DNA from: Alphaproteobacteria bacterium
GTDB taxonomy: Bacteria > Pseudomonadota > Alphaproteobacteria > CALKHQ01
Assembly (NCBI GenBank): GCA_965227515.1
Contig: CBDDFZ010000001.1
Coordinates: forward strand, 2,464,001-2,528,000
Reading direction: 5' to 3'
DNA length: 64,000 nt
Shown here piece by piece: positions 9,866 to 19,822 of this stretch; position 1 is the stretch's first letter; each line of letters starts with the position of its first letter. Below the pieces are notes generated by a model. That model saw only the letters and a list, made by a program, of their open reading frames with translations. It was not told where the DNA came from and did no database searches. The position numbers and the translations under genes were made by a program.

Positions 9866-10723
9866 CTAATCCAGTCGTTTGCCCAGCCGGCCGGCCAGGT
9901 CGACGATGAACTGCCAGGCGACGCGGCCGGACCGCGCGCCGCGGGTGACCGCCCACTCCTTGGCCGCACCGTGAAGCTCGTCCTTCGGCACATCGAGGCC
10001 GTAGTGCGCCGCGTAGGCGTCGATCATGGTCAGGAACGTCGGCTGGTCGCAGCCGTGAAAGCCCAGCCACAAGCCGAACCGGTCCGACAACGAGACCTTC
10101 TCCTCCACTGCCTCGCCGGGGTTGATGGCGCTGGACCGCTCGTTGTCGATCATGTCGCGCGCCATCAGGTGGCGGCGGTTCGACGTGGCGTAGAACAGCA
10201 CGTTGGACGGCCGCCCCTCGACGCCGCCTTCCAACACCGCCTTCAGCGACTTGTACGAGGTGTCTTCGCTATCGAATGACAAATCGTCGCAGAACAGCAC
10301 GAACCGGCGGCGCACCGTCTGCAGGCGCGACAGCAGGAGCGGCAGCGTCGACAGGTCCTCGCGGTGGATTTCGATCAGCACCAACGGCTCGGTGCGGCCC
10401 AGATTGATCGCCGCGTGCACGCCTTTCACCAGCGAGCTCTTGCCCATGCCGCGCGCGCCCCACAACAGGGCGTTGTTGGCCGGCAGTTCGTCGGCAAAGC
10501 GCTTGGTGTTGTCCAGCAGGATGTCGCGCACATGATCGATGCCGCGCAGGAGGTCGATCTCGACCCGGCTGACATTGGCCACCGGCTGCAGCCAGTGGCC
10601 GTCGGCATGCCACACGAAGGCATCGGCCTCCGACATGTCGATCGCCGGCGCCTCCGGCGGGGCCATGCGGTCCAGCGCCTCCGCGATGCGGTTCAGGATG
10701 GTCTGATGTTCGGTCTCGGCCAT
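9866..10723 (-). CDS. AAA+ ATPase, DUF815 family
   Basis: PANNALLWGARGMGKSSLVK, LFCDDLSF, YATSNRRHL, EEKVSLSDRFGLWLGF. Confidence 0.88.
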   Translation of the reverse strand: MAETEHQTILNRIAEALDRMAPPEAPAIDMSEADAFVWHADGHWLQPVANVSRVEIDLLRGIDHVRDILLDNTKRFADELPANNALLWGARGMGKSSLVKGVHAAINLGRTEPLVLIEIHREDLSTLPLLLSRLQTVRRRFVLFCDDLSFDSEDTSYKSLKAVLEGGVEGRPSNVLFYATSNRRHLMARDMIDNERSSAINPGEAVEEKVSLSDRFGLWLGFHGCDQPTFLTMIDAYAAHYGLDVPKDELHGAAKEWAVTRGARSGRVAWQFIVDLAGRLGKRLD

Positions 10724-10946
10724 GATGCGTCGGTTTTTGTTGTCCGGAATTTGGCGGCAGCGCGCCGTTCGCAATTCTGCACGGCTTCGTACGCCCAATC
10801 CAAGCCTTGATATGTGGCGGCAAAGCGCCAATTTGATGATGGTGTATGCGCGGTTTGGGCCGTGGGGAACGCGCATGTGTTTGGGATTGCATCGACGGTC
10901 GCCGTCTGTATAGTCCCGCGGTCGCGACCGATCCGAGGAGATTGTA

Positions 10947-11357
10947 ATGTGGATTTCGACCGCGTTCGCGCAAGAGGGCGCGGCGCCGGCGGCGGGTGAT
11001 CCGTTGGGTGGATTGGGGATGTTCCTGCCCCTGATCCTGATTTTCGTTGTCTTCTATTTCCTGCTGATCCGTCCGCAACAAAAGAAGATGAAGGCGCACC
11101 GGGCCATGGTCGCGGCTGTGCGCCGTGGCGACAAGGTGCTGACCCAGGGCGGCGTCTTCGGCACCGTGACCAAGGTGATCAGCGACACCGAGACGATGGT
11201 CGAGATTGCCGAAGGCGTGCGCATCCGCGTCTTGAAGTCGAGCATTTCCGACGTGCTGAACCGCACGGACGCGAGCGCGGCCGAGGCGGCTTCGTCGTCC
11301 GGCGGCGAGCAGAAGTCCGGCGGCATCCTGAGCCGCGCCAAGAAGTCCAACGGTTGA
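10947..11357 (+). CDS. yajC: Preprotein translocase subunit YajC
   Basis: FYFLLIRPQQKK...GDKVLTQGGVFG; upstream of secD. Confidence 0.95.
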   Translation: MWISTAFAQEGAAPAAGDPLGGLGMFLPLILIFVVFYFLLIRPQQKKMKAHRAMVAAVRRGDKVLTQGGVFGTVTKVISDTETMVEIAEGVRIRVLKSSISDVLNRTDASAAEAASSSGGEQKSGGILSRAKKSNG

Positions 11358-11407
11358 GCGGCCTGGCCCGCCACCGTTCCACCGCCAACCGATAGACGAT
11401 CGCTGCG

Positions 11408-12973
11408 ATGCTGCGTATTTCCCGCTGGCAGATCATCTTCATTCTCGCGGTCATCGTGCTGGGCATCGCCTTCGCGGCGCCCAACGTGGTGTCGGAAGAG
11501 GATGCGCAGGACGCGCCGTCTTGGCTGCCGCACCAGCAGATCAATCTGGGCCTGGACCTGGCCGGCGGCTCGCACCTGTTGCTGGAAGTCGATCTCGACA
11601 AGGTGGTCATCGACCGGCTGGCCAATCTGGACCGCGACATCGGCGACGCGCTGTTCAACGCGGAACCGCGGATCGGCTTCATCGGCGGCATCACCAGCAC
11701 CAGCGAGGCTGTGCTGTTCCAGTTGCGCGATCTGGATGAGCGCGACCGGGCCGAAGAGATCATCGACGGCCTGGCCGACGGGCTGGTCATCGACATCGCG
11801 GATGACGGCGCGGTCCGGGTCTCCTACACCGAGGAGGCGATTGCCGACATCCATGCGCTGGCCATGGACCAGGTGCTGGAGGTCACGCGCCGGCGTATCG
11901 ACGAACTGGGCACCCGCGAACCCAACGTTCAGCGTCAGGGCGACGAGAATATCATCGTCGAGGTCCCCGGGGTCGGCGATCCCAACGAGCTTCTGGACAT
12001 CATCGACGAACCGGGCGTTCTGACGTTCCACCTGCTCAACACGCAGGTTTCGCCGAACGATCCGAACCCGCCGCGCGGCACCGAGATCTATCCGTCCGCC
12101 GAAGAGGGCGGCCCGAACTACGCGCTGTTCCGCGCCGAGCGCAGCGTCAGCGGCACCAACATCGTCAACGCCTATCCGTCGTTCCAGGAGAACAGGTGGG
12201 TGGTGGCCTTCACCTTCGACGGCGCGGGCGGCCGTGGCTTCGGCAATCTGACGTCCGCGCATGTCGGCGACTTGCTGGCGATCGTTCTGGACGGCGAGGT
12301 GATCAGCGCACCGGAGATTCAGACCGGCATCACCGGCGGCTCCGGCATTATCCGCGGCGCGTTCACCGCGGAGAGCGCGAACAATCTGGCCATCCTGCTG
12401 CGCGCGGGTGCGCTGCCGGCCGACGTTAACGTGCTCGAGGTCCGCTCCGTCGGTGCCGGGCTGGGGCAGGACTCCATCGATGCCGGCACCATCGCGTGCG
12501 TCATCGGCCTGATCGCGGTGATGATCTTCATGGGCCTGGCCTATGGCCTGTTCGGCGTCTTCGCCGACGTGGCCCTGGTGGTCAACCTGATCCTGATCGG
12601 CGCGATCCTCTCCGTGCTGCAGGCGACGCTGACACTGCCCGGCATCGCCGGCATCGTGCTGACCGTCGGCATGGCGGTGGACGCCAATGTGCTGGTGTTC
12701 GAGCGCATACGCGAGGAACTGGCCAACGGGCGATCCGTGTTCAACGCGGTCGACAGTGGCTACAAGCGCGCGCTGACCACCATCATCGACGCCAACGTCA
12801 CCACGCTGATCGCCGCCGTGATCCTGTTCAACTTCGGGTCCGGGCCGATCAAGGGGTTTGCGGTGACGCTGTCCATCGGCATCATCACGTCGGTCTTCAC
12901 CGCCACCATGGTGACGCGGCTGTTCGTGGTTTCGTGGCTGCGCCGCTCGCGGCCCGCAGCACTGCAACTCTAG
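11408..12973 (+). CDS. secD: Protein translocase subunit SecD
   Basis: LGLDLAGG, RRIDELG..EP, LRAGALPA, LTLPGIAGIVLTVGMAVDANVLVFERIRE. Confidence 0.96.
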   Translation: MLRISRWQIIFILAVIVLGIAFAAPNVVSEEDAQDAPSWLPHQQINLGLDLAGGSHLLLEVDLDKVVIDRLANLDRDIGDALFNAEPRIGFIGGITSTSEAVLFQLRDLDERDRAEEIIDGLADGLVIDIADDGAVRVSYTEEAIADIHALAMDQVLEVTRRRIDELGTREPNVQRQGDENIIVEVPGVGDPNELLDIIDEPGVLTFHLLNTQVSPNDPNPPRGTEIYPSAEEGGPNYALFRAERSVSGTNIVNAYPSFQENRWVVAFTFDGAGGRGFGNLTSAHVGDLLAIVLDGEVISAPEIQTGITGGSGIIRGAFTAESANNLAILLRAGALPADVNVLEVRSVGAGLGQDSIDAGTIACVIGLIAVMIFMGLAYGLFGVFADVALVVNLILIGAILSVLQATLTLPGIAGIVLTVGMAVDANVLVFERIREELANGRSVFNAVDSGYKRALTTIIDANVTTLIAAVILFNFGSGPIKGFAVTLSIGIITSVFTATMVTRLFVVSWLRRSRPAALQL

Positions 12974-12986
12974 GGGGCTTGGAACG

Positions 12987-13940
12987 ATGCTTCATCTCCG
13001 GCTGGCCCCCCTCAATTCCAAGTACCAATTCATGCGTCGGCGCCATCTGGCGCTGGCTTTCTCCGCGCTGCTCGTGGTTGCGTCGGTCGTGGCTTACGTC
13101 ACCCAGGGCCTCAACTTCGGCATCGACTTCGTCGGTGGCACCCTGATCGAGGTGCGGCATACCGAGGGGCCGGCGGACCTGGGGGGCATGCGCGAGACCG
13201 TGGCGGGACTGGGCTTCGGCGACGCGTCGCTGCAGGAATTCGGCGACCCGCAGACGGTGCTGATCCGCATCCAGTTGCAGGAAGGCCAGGAGGAAGGCGA
13301 GACCACCTCGATATCGGAACTGGTCAGCGAGGCGCTTGGCGACGGCTACGAATACCGCCGGGTCGAGTTCGTCGGCCCCAAGGTGGGCAGCGAACTGCAG
13401 GAACAGGCGCTGTGGGCGGTGCTGATCGCGCTGGCCGCGATCATGGTCTACATCTGGCTGCGGTTTGAGTGGCAGTTCGGCGTCGGCGCCGTCATCGCCC
13501 TGGCCCACGATGTGATCGCGACCATCGGCCTGTTCGCCGTGCTCCAGTTGGAGTTCAACCTGGCCACGGTGGCGGCGATCCTTACCATTGCCGGCTACTC
13601 CATCAACGACACCGTGGTCATCTACGACCGGGTGCGCGAGAACCTGCGCAAGTACAAGCAGTCCGACCTGCCGCAGGTGCTGGACCGCTCCGTCAACGAG
13701 ACCCTGTCGCGTACGTTGATGACCAGTGTGACCACGCTGTTGGCGCTGCTGGCGCTGTTCATCTTCGGCGGAGAGATCATTCGCGACTTTGCCGGCGCCA
13801 TGATGTGGGGCGTCGTGATCGGCACCTACTCGTCGATCTTCGTGGCGGTACCGACGCTGCTGTACTTCAAGCTGCGCCGCGATGCGGACGAAGCCAGCGA
13901 CGAACAGAAGAAAGTCGATGCCGCAGCCGACGCCGGCTGA
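12987..13940 (+). CDS. secF: Protein translocase subunit SecF
   Basis: GLNFGIDFVGG, VGPKVG, GYSINDTVVIYDRVRE, GTYSSIF. Confidence 0.96.
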   Translation: MLHLRLAPLNSKYQFMRRRHLALAFSALLVVASVVAYVTQGLNFGIDFVGGTLIEVRHTEGPADLGGMRETVAGLGFGDASLQEFGDPQTVLIRIQLQEGQEEGETTSISELVSEALGDGYEYRRVEFVGPKVGSELQEQALWAVLIALAAIMVYIWLRFEWQFGVGAVIALAHDVIATIGLFAVLQLEFNLATVAAILTIAGYSINDTVVIYDRVRENLRKYKQSDLPQVLDRSVNETLSRTLMTSVTTLLALLALFIFGGEIIRDFAGAMMWGVVIGTYSSIFVAVPTLLYFKLRRDADEASDEQKKVDAAADAG

Positions 13941-13975
13941 GGCAGCGCCAGCCCCATCCGGCCCACGAGCCGCCG

Positions 13976-14374
13976 ATGGATATCACACCGCAAACCGCCG
14001 CCGGCCGACAGATCGTGCAACGCTATGGGCCAAGCGGCTTCGTCGTCAGCGGCGAGCGTTACACCGGCTCCATCATCCTGTTGGCGGAGCGAACGGTGCC
14101 GTGGGCCGTGGCGTCCTTCGACGAGCTCGATGAGCCCCGCCTCGATGAAGTTGCGGAGATTGCGGCCGGATGCGAAATCCTGCTTCTGGGAACCGGACCA
14201 TCCGCGCAATTGTTGAAAGCTGCGGCGCGACGGCGTTTGCGCGATGCGGGGATTGTGGTAGATGCGATGGACACAGGTGCAGCCTGCCGGACCTTCAACA
14301 TCCTGCAGGCTGAAGATCGTGCCGTGGCCGCAGCTTTAATTGGACTTAGTGTCGGCAACGTTGATAAATTGTAA
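13976..14374 (+). CDS. Mth938-like (DUF498/NDUFAF3-like) protein
   Basis: IVQRYG..GF, EILLLGTG, MDTGAACRTFNIL..EDR.VAAAL. Confidence 0.88.
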   Translation: MDITPQTAAGRQIVQRYGPSGFVVSGERYTGSIILLAERTVPWAVASFDELDEPRLDEVAEIAAGCEILLLGTGPSAQLLKAAARRRLRDAGIVVDAMDTGAACRTFNILQAEDRAVAAALIGLSVGNVDKL

Positions 14375-14428
14375 GACTTGGTCAAGTCGTTGGTGTTTAG
14401 GCGCTTTTTGCGTCGAATGAGAGGAGCC

Positions 14429-14896
14429 ATGACAAGGACGGGGGCGGTCGCGATTCTCGCGCTGTGCGGAGCGCTGGCTGCATGTGAAACGACGGGATCG
14501 CCGGACGACGGCGTCGACTTCGGCGTCGATGCCGACGTGGAAGGTTCCGACACCGGCATCGCGACGGCGACGGATGGCGGCAGCGTCGAAAGCAGCGATC
14601 CGAACGCGGTCATCAACAACGACCGCATCGTGACCTTGCAGGTTGACGACTATCAGGAGTTCCTGGACGACACGATCCGCGAGTACATCCTGTGCATGCG
14701 CTCGACCACCGTGTCGCTGGACGACGGTACCGGCAGCGTCGACGACTTCGCCGCGCTGGCGCAGCGGCGCTGTGAATCCACTTATCGGACGGCGCACCGC
14801 ACCGCGTCGCTGTTGGAATCCCAAGACAAGATCGTTGGCTTGCGGGGCCAGGCCCTGCAACTGGCCATCGAAACGGCGCTGGCCAACCGGTCCTAG
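14429..14896 (+). CDS. Hypothetical lipoprotein
   Basis: GAGGAG RBS, lipobox LAAC; sits between Mth938-like and phytoene synthase-like genes. Confidence 0.65.
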   Translation: MTRTGAVAILALCGALAACETTGSPDDGVDFGVDADVEGSDTGIATATDGGSVESSDPNAVINNDRIVTLQVDDYQEFLDDTIREYILCMRSTTVSLDDGTGSVDDFAALAQRRCESTYRTAHRTASLLESQDKIVGLRGQALQLAIETALANRS

Positions 14897-14935
14897 CGTT
14901 TCAATCCAGCCAAGGCGGATAGGCCAAGGAGGCGC

Positions 14936-15808
14936 ATGGGCGTGGCGGGCGCGGCGCAACGGCTGTCCTATTGCGCGCGTGAAGTGCGCCGCCACGACTA
15001 CCCTCGCTTCCTGACGACCCTGTTCGCACCGCCACAGGCGCGCGAGGCGCTGTTTGCGGTTCTTGCGTTCAACATCGAGGTGGCAAAGACCCGCGCGGTC
15101 GTCTCGGAGCCCATGCTGGGCGAAATCCGTTTGCAGTGGTGGCGCGAAGCCGTCGAGGAGATCTTCGGCGGTACGGTGCGCCAACACGAGGTTGTGCGCC
15201 CGCTGGCCGATGCCGTCGCCGCCCACAAGCTGGACCAGAGCCTGCTGCACACGCTGATCGACGCCCGCGCCCGCGACCTGGACGATACGGCGTTTGCGAC
15301 CTGGGGTGAGGTGGACGCCTACGCAGATGGCACGGTCGGCGCGCTCCTGTCGCTGTGCGCGCGGATCTGCTCGCCGGCGGAGACCCCGGCTGCCGATTTT
15401 TTGCGTCCTCTCGGTCGGGCATGGGCGCTGGCGGGCCTCGCCATGGCCTATCCGTTTGCCCGGGCCGGCGGTATCGTCCCATTCCCGCAGGAATTGGCCG
15501 CGGAACATGGCGTTACCGGCGCCGGCCTGCGACAGCTCGAACCGGGCGAACCACGGTTGGCGGCGATGACCGAGGCGGTCTGCGACCGTGCCGCGGCGGC
15601 GCTTGACGAGGCGCGCGGCCTGGATACCCAGCGTGGCCGGCGCACCCGCCGCGACAGCCGTGCCGTCGGCCTGATGGCCGTAGTGGTGCGGAACAGGCTG
15701 TCCCAACTGCGCCACGCCGGAAACGATCCATTCAGCCTGGACCCGGACCGCGCCCGCCGCCGCCTGCCACTGCGCCTTGTTTGGGCCAATATGCTCGGGC
15801 GATACTGA
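14936..15808 (+). CDS. Squalene/phytoene synthase family protein (NDUFAF6-like)
   Basis: VRRHDYPRFL..LFAP, AFNIEVA, VSEPMLGEIRLQWWRE. Confidence 0.88.
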   Translation: MGVAGAAQRLSYCAREVRRHDYPRFLTTLFAPPQAREALFAVLAFNIEVAKTRAVVSEPMLGEIRLQWWREAVEEIFGGTVRQHEVVRPLADAVAAHKLDQSLLHTLIDARARDLDDTAFATWGEVDAYADGTVGALLSLCARICSPAETPAADFLRPLGRAWALAGLAMAYPFARAGGIVPFPQELAAEHGVTGAGLRQLEPGEPRLAAMTEAVCDRAAAALDEARGLDTQRGRRTRRDSRAVGLMAVVVRNRLSQLRHAGNDPFSLDPDRARRRLPLRLVWANMLGRY

Positions 15809-15831
15809 CCGCCGGGGCATACCTGGGAGCA

Positions 15832-17655
15832 ATGATGTTGAAGAAATTGGTATCGGCGGCGGCTTTGCTGCTGGCGGGCATTGGCGCTGAAGCCGGTGCC
15901 GACGACTATGACCGTGCGCGCGACGCCCTGGATCGTGCCGATTATCCGGTGGCCATCGATGCGCTGGCCGACCTGGCCGAGGATGGCGACCACTTTGCCG
16001 GCACCGTGTTGTCCTACCTGTTGATGTCGCGGGTGACGGATGGGGCGACCAACGGTCTGGCGGCACTGGCCTGGCTGGATCGGGCGGCTGAGGACGGCAG
16101 CATCCTTGCCATGCTGCAGAGTGGGCTGATCTACCGGCACGACACCCACGTCTTCACCTATGAGGTCGAGATGATTGCGGCGGGCTATGGCCAGGCCATC
16201 GACTGGTTCGAGCGCGCCGCCAGCATCGGCTGGCCCGAGGGACATGCCCAACTGGGCCGGCTGTATTGGATGGGCCTGCACTCGGAGTTGAATGGAGCGC
16301 TGTCGGCTGAGCAAGAGGTCGCGCTGGCGCTGGAGAACCTGGAAATCGCGGCCCAGGCCGGCATTCCACACGCGCAGGCGTCGCTGTCTTGGCTGGTGCA
16401 GGGCGACGATCCGGACCGCGCGCTCGAGCTGTTGCGCGAGGCTGGCGCGGCTGGAGACGCCGAGGCGTTGGGCCGACTGGTCACGGTGGCGATGGGCCAA
16501 AGCGTGCTCGAGCTGGGCGATCCGGTCGAGGCCTACAAGTGGGTGCTGGCGGCGCGTATCGCGATCGACTTGCAAGGCGACCCACACTCGCCGGTTCTGG
16601 CGATCGTGGGACTTGAGCAGGCGAGCGAACTGGACCCTCTTGCGGCGACGGTGGCGGCCCGGCTGAGTGGCCAGCAACGCGCAGAGGCCGAGGCGGCGGC
16701 CGATGCCCTGGTGGCTGGCTGGATGAGCAACTTCCCATTCGGGCAGCGGCCCGGCCACGACGGCGAGGGAGACTATGCCACGGTGCGCGCGGCCCTGGAG
16801 GTGGCGGACTATCCAGCCGCCATCGACGCCCTGGCCGACATGGCCGAGGAAGGCGATACCCTGGCGTCCACGGTGCTTGCGTATCTGATGATGTCGCGCA
16901 CCACCGGGCCATCGGCCAACGGTTTTGCCGCGCTGGCGTGGTTGGAGAAAGCCGCGGCCGACGGCAGCGCCCACGCGATGCTGACGTTGGGGTTGACCTA
17001 CCAGTACACGCCGGCTGCGTTTGGCCTTCCTCCGCAGATAGAATCCGGCGGCCGGTTTGCGGCTGACTGGTTCCAGCGCGCCATCGACGCCGGCGCGCCC
17101 CTGGGCGACGCGTTCCTTGGCATGGTGTACCGGATCGGCATGCTGCGGATGCTGGGCGAGGAGATCACCGGCGAAGAGGAAAAAGAACTGGCAATTGCGC
17201 ACCTGGGGCGTGCGGCGGAGGCGGGCGTTGCCTTTGCCCACGCGCAGTTGGCTGTCCTTGCGCGTTTCGACGAGGGCAAGGAGGGCATGTTGCGCTGGAC
17301 ACTGTCGGCGGCGGCCTTGGGCGATGGAACCGCGCTGGGCACGCTGGTGGCGGACAGCCAGGGCGACGGCAGGATCATCGGGCTGGAATCGCCGGTCGAC
17401 GGCTATGCCTGGGCGGTCGCCGCGCAGATCGCGATCCAATACCACGGCGTACTGCGCGATGGTGCCTATCTGATGACCGGCGTGGATGCGCCGGAGGACT
17501 TCGACGGTATTGTGCGAGAGCTTGCCGACCGGCTGACACCGGAAGAGCAGGCCGAGGCCGAGGCCCGCGGGCAGGAGATCGCGTCGGGCTGGATGAGCTA
17601 TATGCCCGACGGACCCAGGCCTGGCTTCGGCGGTGGCCTGTTCGGGCGGAATTGA
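15832..17655 (+). CDS. Secreted Sel1/TPR-like repeat protein, two internal modules
   Basis: Signal peptide; A..W..RAA..G...A...LG motifs; module repeated twice. Confidence 0.75.
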   Translation: MMLKKLVSAAALLLAGIGAEAGADDYDRARDALDRADYPVAIDALADLAEDGDHFAGTVLSYLLMSRVTDGATNGLAALAWLDRAAEDGSILAMLQSGLIYRHDTHVFTYEVEMIAAGYGQAIDWFERAASIGWPEGHAQLGRLYWMGLHSELNGALSAEQEVALALENLEIAAQAGIPHAQASLSWLVQGDDPDRALELLREAGAAGDAEALGRLVTVAMGQSVLELGDPVEAYKWVLAARIAIDLQGDPHSPVLAIVGLEQASELDPLAATVAARLSGQQRAEAEAAADALVAGWMSNFPFGQRPGHDGEGDYATVRAALEVADYPAAIDALADMAEEGDTLASTVLAYLMMSRTTGPSANGFAALAWLEKAAADGSAHAMLTLGLTYQYTPAAFGLPPQIESGGRFAADWFQRAIDAGAPLGDAFLGMVYRIGMLRMLGEEITGEEEKELAIAHLGRAAEAGVAFAHAQLAVLARFDEGKEGMLRWTLSAAALGDGTALGTLVADSQGDGRIIGLESPVDGYAWAVAAQIAIQYHGVLRDGAYLMTGVDAPEDFDGIVRELADRLTPEEQAEAEARGQEIASGWMSYMPDGPRPGFGGGLFGRN

Positions 17656-17678
17656 ATGTGTAACGGGGGGATGCTGCT

Positions 17679-19550
17679 GTGAAACGATATCGGGCGTTAG
17701 GCGCCGCCGTGGCGTTGGTATGTGCCGCTGCAAGCGCGCAGGCAGACGACTACGACCGCGCTCGCGAAGCCTTGGACCGTGCCGACTATCCGGTCGCCAT
17801 CGATGCGTTGGCGGATCTTGCGGAAGCCGGCGACACGCTGGCGGCGACCGAGCTGGGCAACCTGTTGCAGACACGGGTGGCCGATGGCTCCCGGCACATC
17901 ATGGCATCGGTGGCGTGGTTCAGCCTCGCGGCCTACAACGGCAGCGTTCACGCCATGCTGGAGAACGGACTGCTGTTCCAGTACCGCGCGCCCGAGCTGG
18001 GCTACGACACGCGGAACATGGCGGCTGGCTATTTCCGTGCCATCGACTGGTATCAACAGGCCATCGATGCCGGGTCGCCGCTCGCGCAGGCCTATCTCGG
18101 CAGGCTCTATCGCCTGGGTCTGCATTCCTCCATGAACGATGCGATAACGCGCGACGAGGAAGACGCGTTGTCGGCGGAATTGCTGGCCATCGCCGCGGAG
18201 GCCGGCGTGCCCGTGGCCCAGGGCACGCTGGCATTCCAGTCCTCGCGCAACGATCCGGCGGCGGCGATGGCGCTGGCCCGACAGGCGGCAGAGAGCGCCG
18301 ACCCCACGGCGTTGGGCGTGCTGCTGGAGGCCGCCCATCCGCGCGAGGGCCGGGTAAGCCCGATGACGCCGGTCGAGGCCTATGCCTGGGGCCTGGCGGC
18401 GCGCGTGGCCATGGACTACCAGGGCTCGGCGCGGCCGACGATGCTGTTTGCCCTCGGCATCAGGTCCGGCGAGGAATTCGATGCCACCGTCGCCGACCTG
18501 GCCGCCCCGCTGAGCGACGTGCAACGCGCCGAAGCGCAGGCGATGGCCGACGACATCACCGCCGGCTGGATGAGCTACATGCCCGGCGGACCGCGGCCGG
18601 GCCATGACGCCGACGGCACCTACGCCTCGGTCCGCGCCGCTCTGGAGGCGGCCGACTACGCCACCGCCATCGACGGATTGGCCGATATGGCGGAAGCCGG
18701 CGACAATCTGGCCGCGACGATGCTGGCTGAGCTGCTGCTCTCGCGCGCCACGCTGGACGACAACAACGGCCTCGCGGCGGCCGCCTGGCTGGAAATGGCG
18801 GCGGACAGGGGCAGCGTGCATGCCATGCTGCAACTGGGCGACCTGAACCAGAACCATCCGTTCCTGTTCGATGCTGACGTCTCCGATTTGTACGCGCGGT
18901 CACCGCAGGCGCGCGACTGGTATCAGCGCGCCGCTGACGCGGGCGCCCCGTTGGGCTTGGCGCACCTTGGCATGCTGCATCGCCTCGGGGTCCTTTCGCG
19001 CATGGACGAGACCATGGAATTCGAGCAGGAGGCCGAAATGGCGCGCCAGTTCCTGAGCGAGGCGGCCGACGCCGGCATTCCGTTCGCCATATCGACACTC
19101 GGCGTCATGGCGCGCCGCGACAGCAAGGAAGAGATGCAGGCGCTGATGCACCAGGCGGCGGAACTGGGGGACCCGTTGGCCATCGGTCATTTCGTGGGCG
19201 ACGTGGTGCGCGACGGCAGCATCATGGATTTCAACGATCTGCGGGAGGGCCTGGTCTGGGCGGTGGCGGCGGAATTCGTCATCGTGAACCTCGGCGATGC
19301 GCGGTCGCCGGCCTTCATCATCCTCGGCATCGAGAAGGCGAGCGAGTACGGCCCAATCCTGGCCGAGATCTCAGCGCTGGTGACGCCGGAGGAGCGCATG
19401 GCCGCCTATGCCCGCGCGGAGGAGCTGACGGCCGGCTGGATGAGCTACATGCCGAACGGACAGCGTCCCGGCTTCGAGAACGATGCCGCGACACAAGGCG
19501 AGGCCCCGGCGGAGGAACAGTCGAGCGGCGGCCTGTTCGGCCGGGATTAG
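17679..19550 (+). CDS. Secreted Sel1/TPR-like repeat protein, paralog of upstream gene
   Basis: ADDYDRAREALDRADYPVAIDALADLAE nearly identical to upstream paralog; same two-module layout. Confidence 0.75.
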   Translation: MKRYRALGAAVALVCAAASAQADDYDRAREALDRADYPVAIDALADLAEAGDTLAATELGNLLQTRVADGSRHIMASVAWFSLAAYNGSVHAMLENGLLFQYRAPELGYDTRNMAAGYFRAIDWYQQAIDAGSPLAQAYLGRLYRLGLHSSMNDAITRDEEDALSAELLAIAAEAGVPVAQGTLAFQSSRNDPAAAMALARQAAESADPTALGVLLEAAHPREGRVSPMTPVEAYAWGLAARVAMDYQGSARPTMLFALGIRSGEEFDATVADLAAPLSDVQRAEAQAMADDITAGWMSYMPGGPRPGHDADGTYASVRAALEAADYATAIDGLADMAEAGDNLAATMLAELLLSRATLDDNNGLAAAAWLEMAADRGSVHAMLQLGDLNQNHPFLFDADVSDLYARSPQARDWYQRAADAGAPLGLAHLGMLHRLGVLSRMDETMEFEQEAEMARQFLSEAADAGIPFAISTLGVMARRDSKEEMQALMHQAAELGDPLAIGHFVGDVVRDGSIMDFNDLREGLVWAVAAEFVIVNLGDARSPAFIILGIEKASEYGPILAEISALVTPEERMAAYARAEELTAGWMSYMPNGQRPGFENDAATQGEAPAEEQSSGGLFGRD

Positions 19551-19620
19551 GGGTTGCTTTCGATCCGTTGCAAAAATTGGAGGCGCCGCGACCGTTGCTC
19601 TATCCTGCAACAAGGAGAAG

Positions 19621-19802
19621 TTGTCGTCCTCGCCCTTGTGGCGAGGACCCATTCTTGTCCAGCACGCGAATAGGTCAAAGCGAGCAGATATTGAAGATGG
19701 CGGGCGGCTGGACGCGATGGCCTACGCCTCCAGCTTCGATCGGCACTGGCCCGAACTGCCCCGCAAATGGGCCCTCGCCACAAGAGCGAGGGCGACGACA
19801 AA
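19621..19802. repeat. Palindromic element with inverted hairpin arms
   Basis: ttgtcgtcctcgcccttgtggcgaggacccatt (19621-19653) inverted to 19766-19802; left-arm copy at 22978-23010. Confidence 0.7.
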
Positions 19803-19822
19803 ATTCTTGCAGACTCTCTGCT

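Noticed and set aside
15832-19550. Sel1-like module repeats as a diversity-generating retroelement TR/VR pair
   Set aside because: No reverse transcriptase nearby; differences are largely synonymous or general divergence, not adenine-specific
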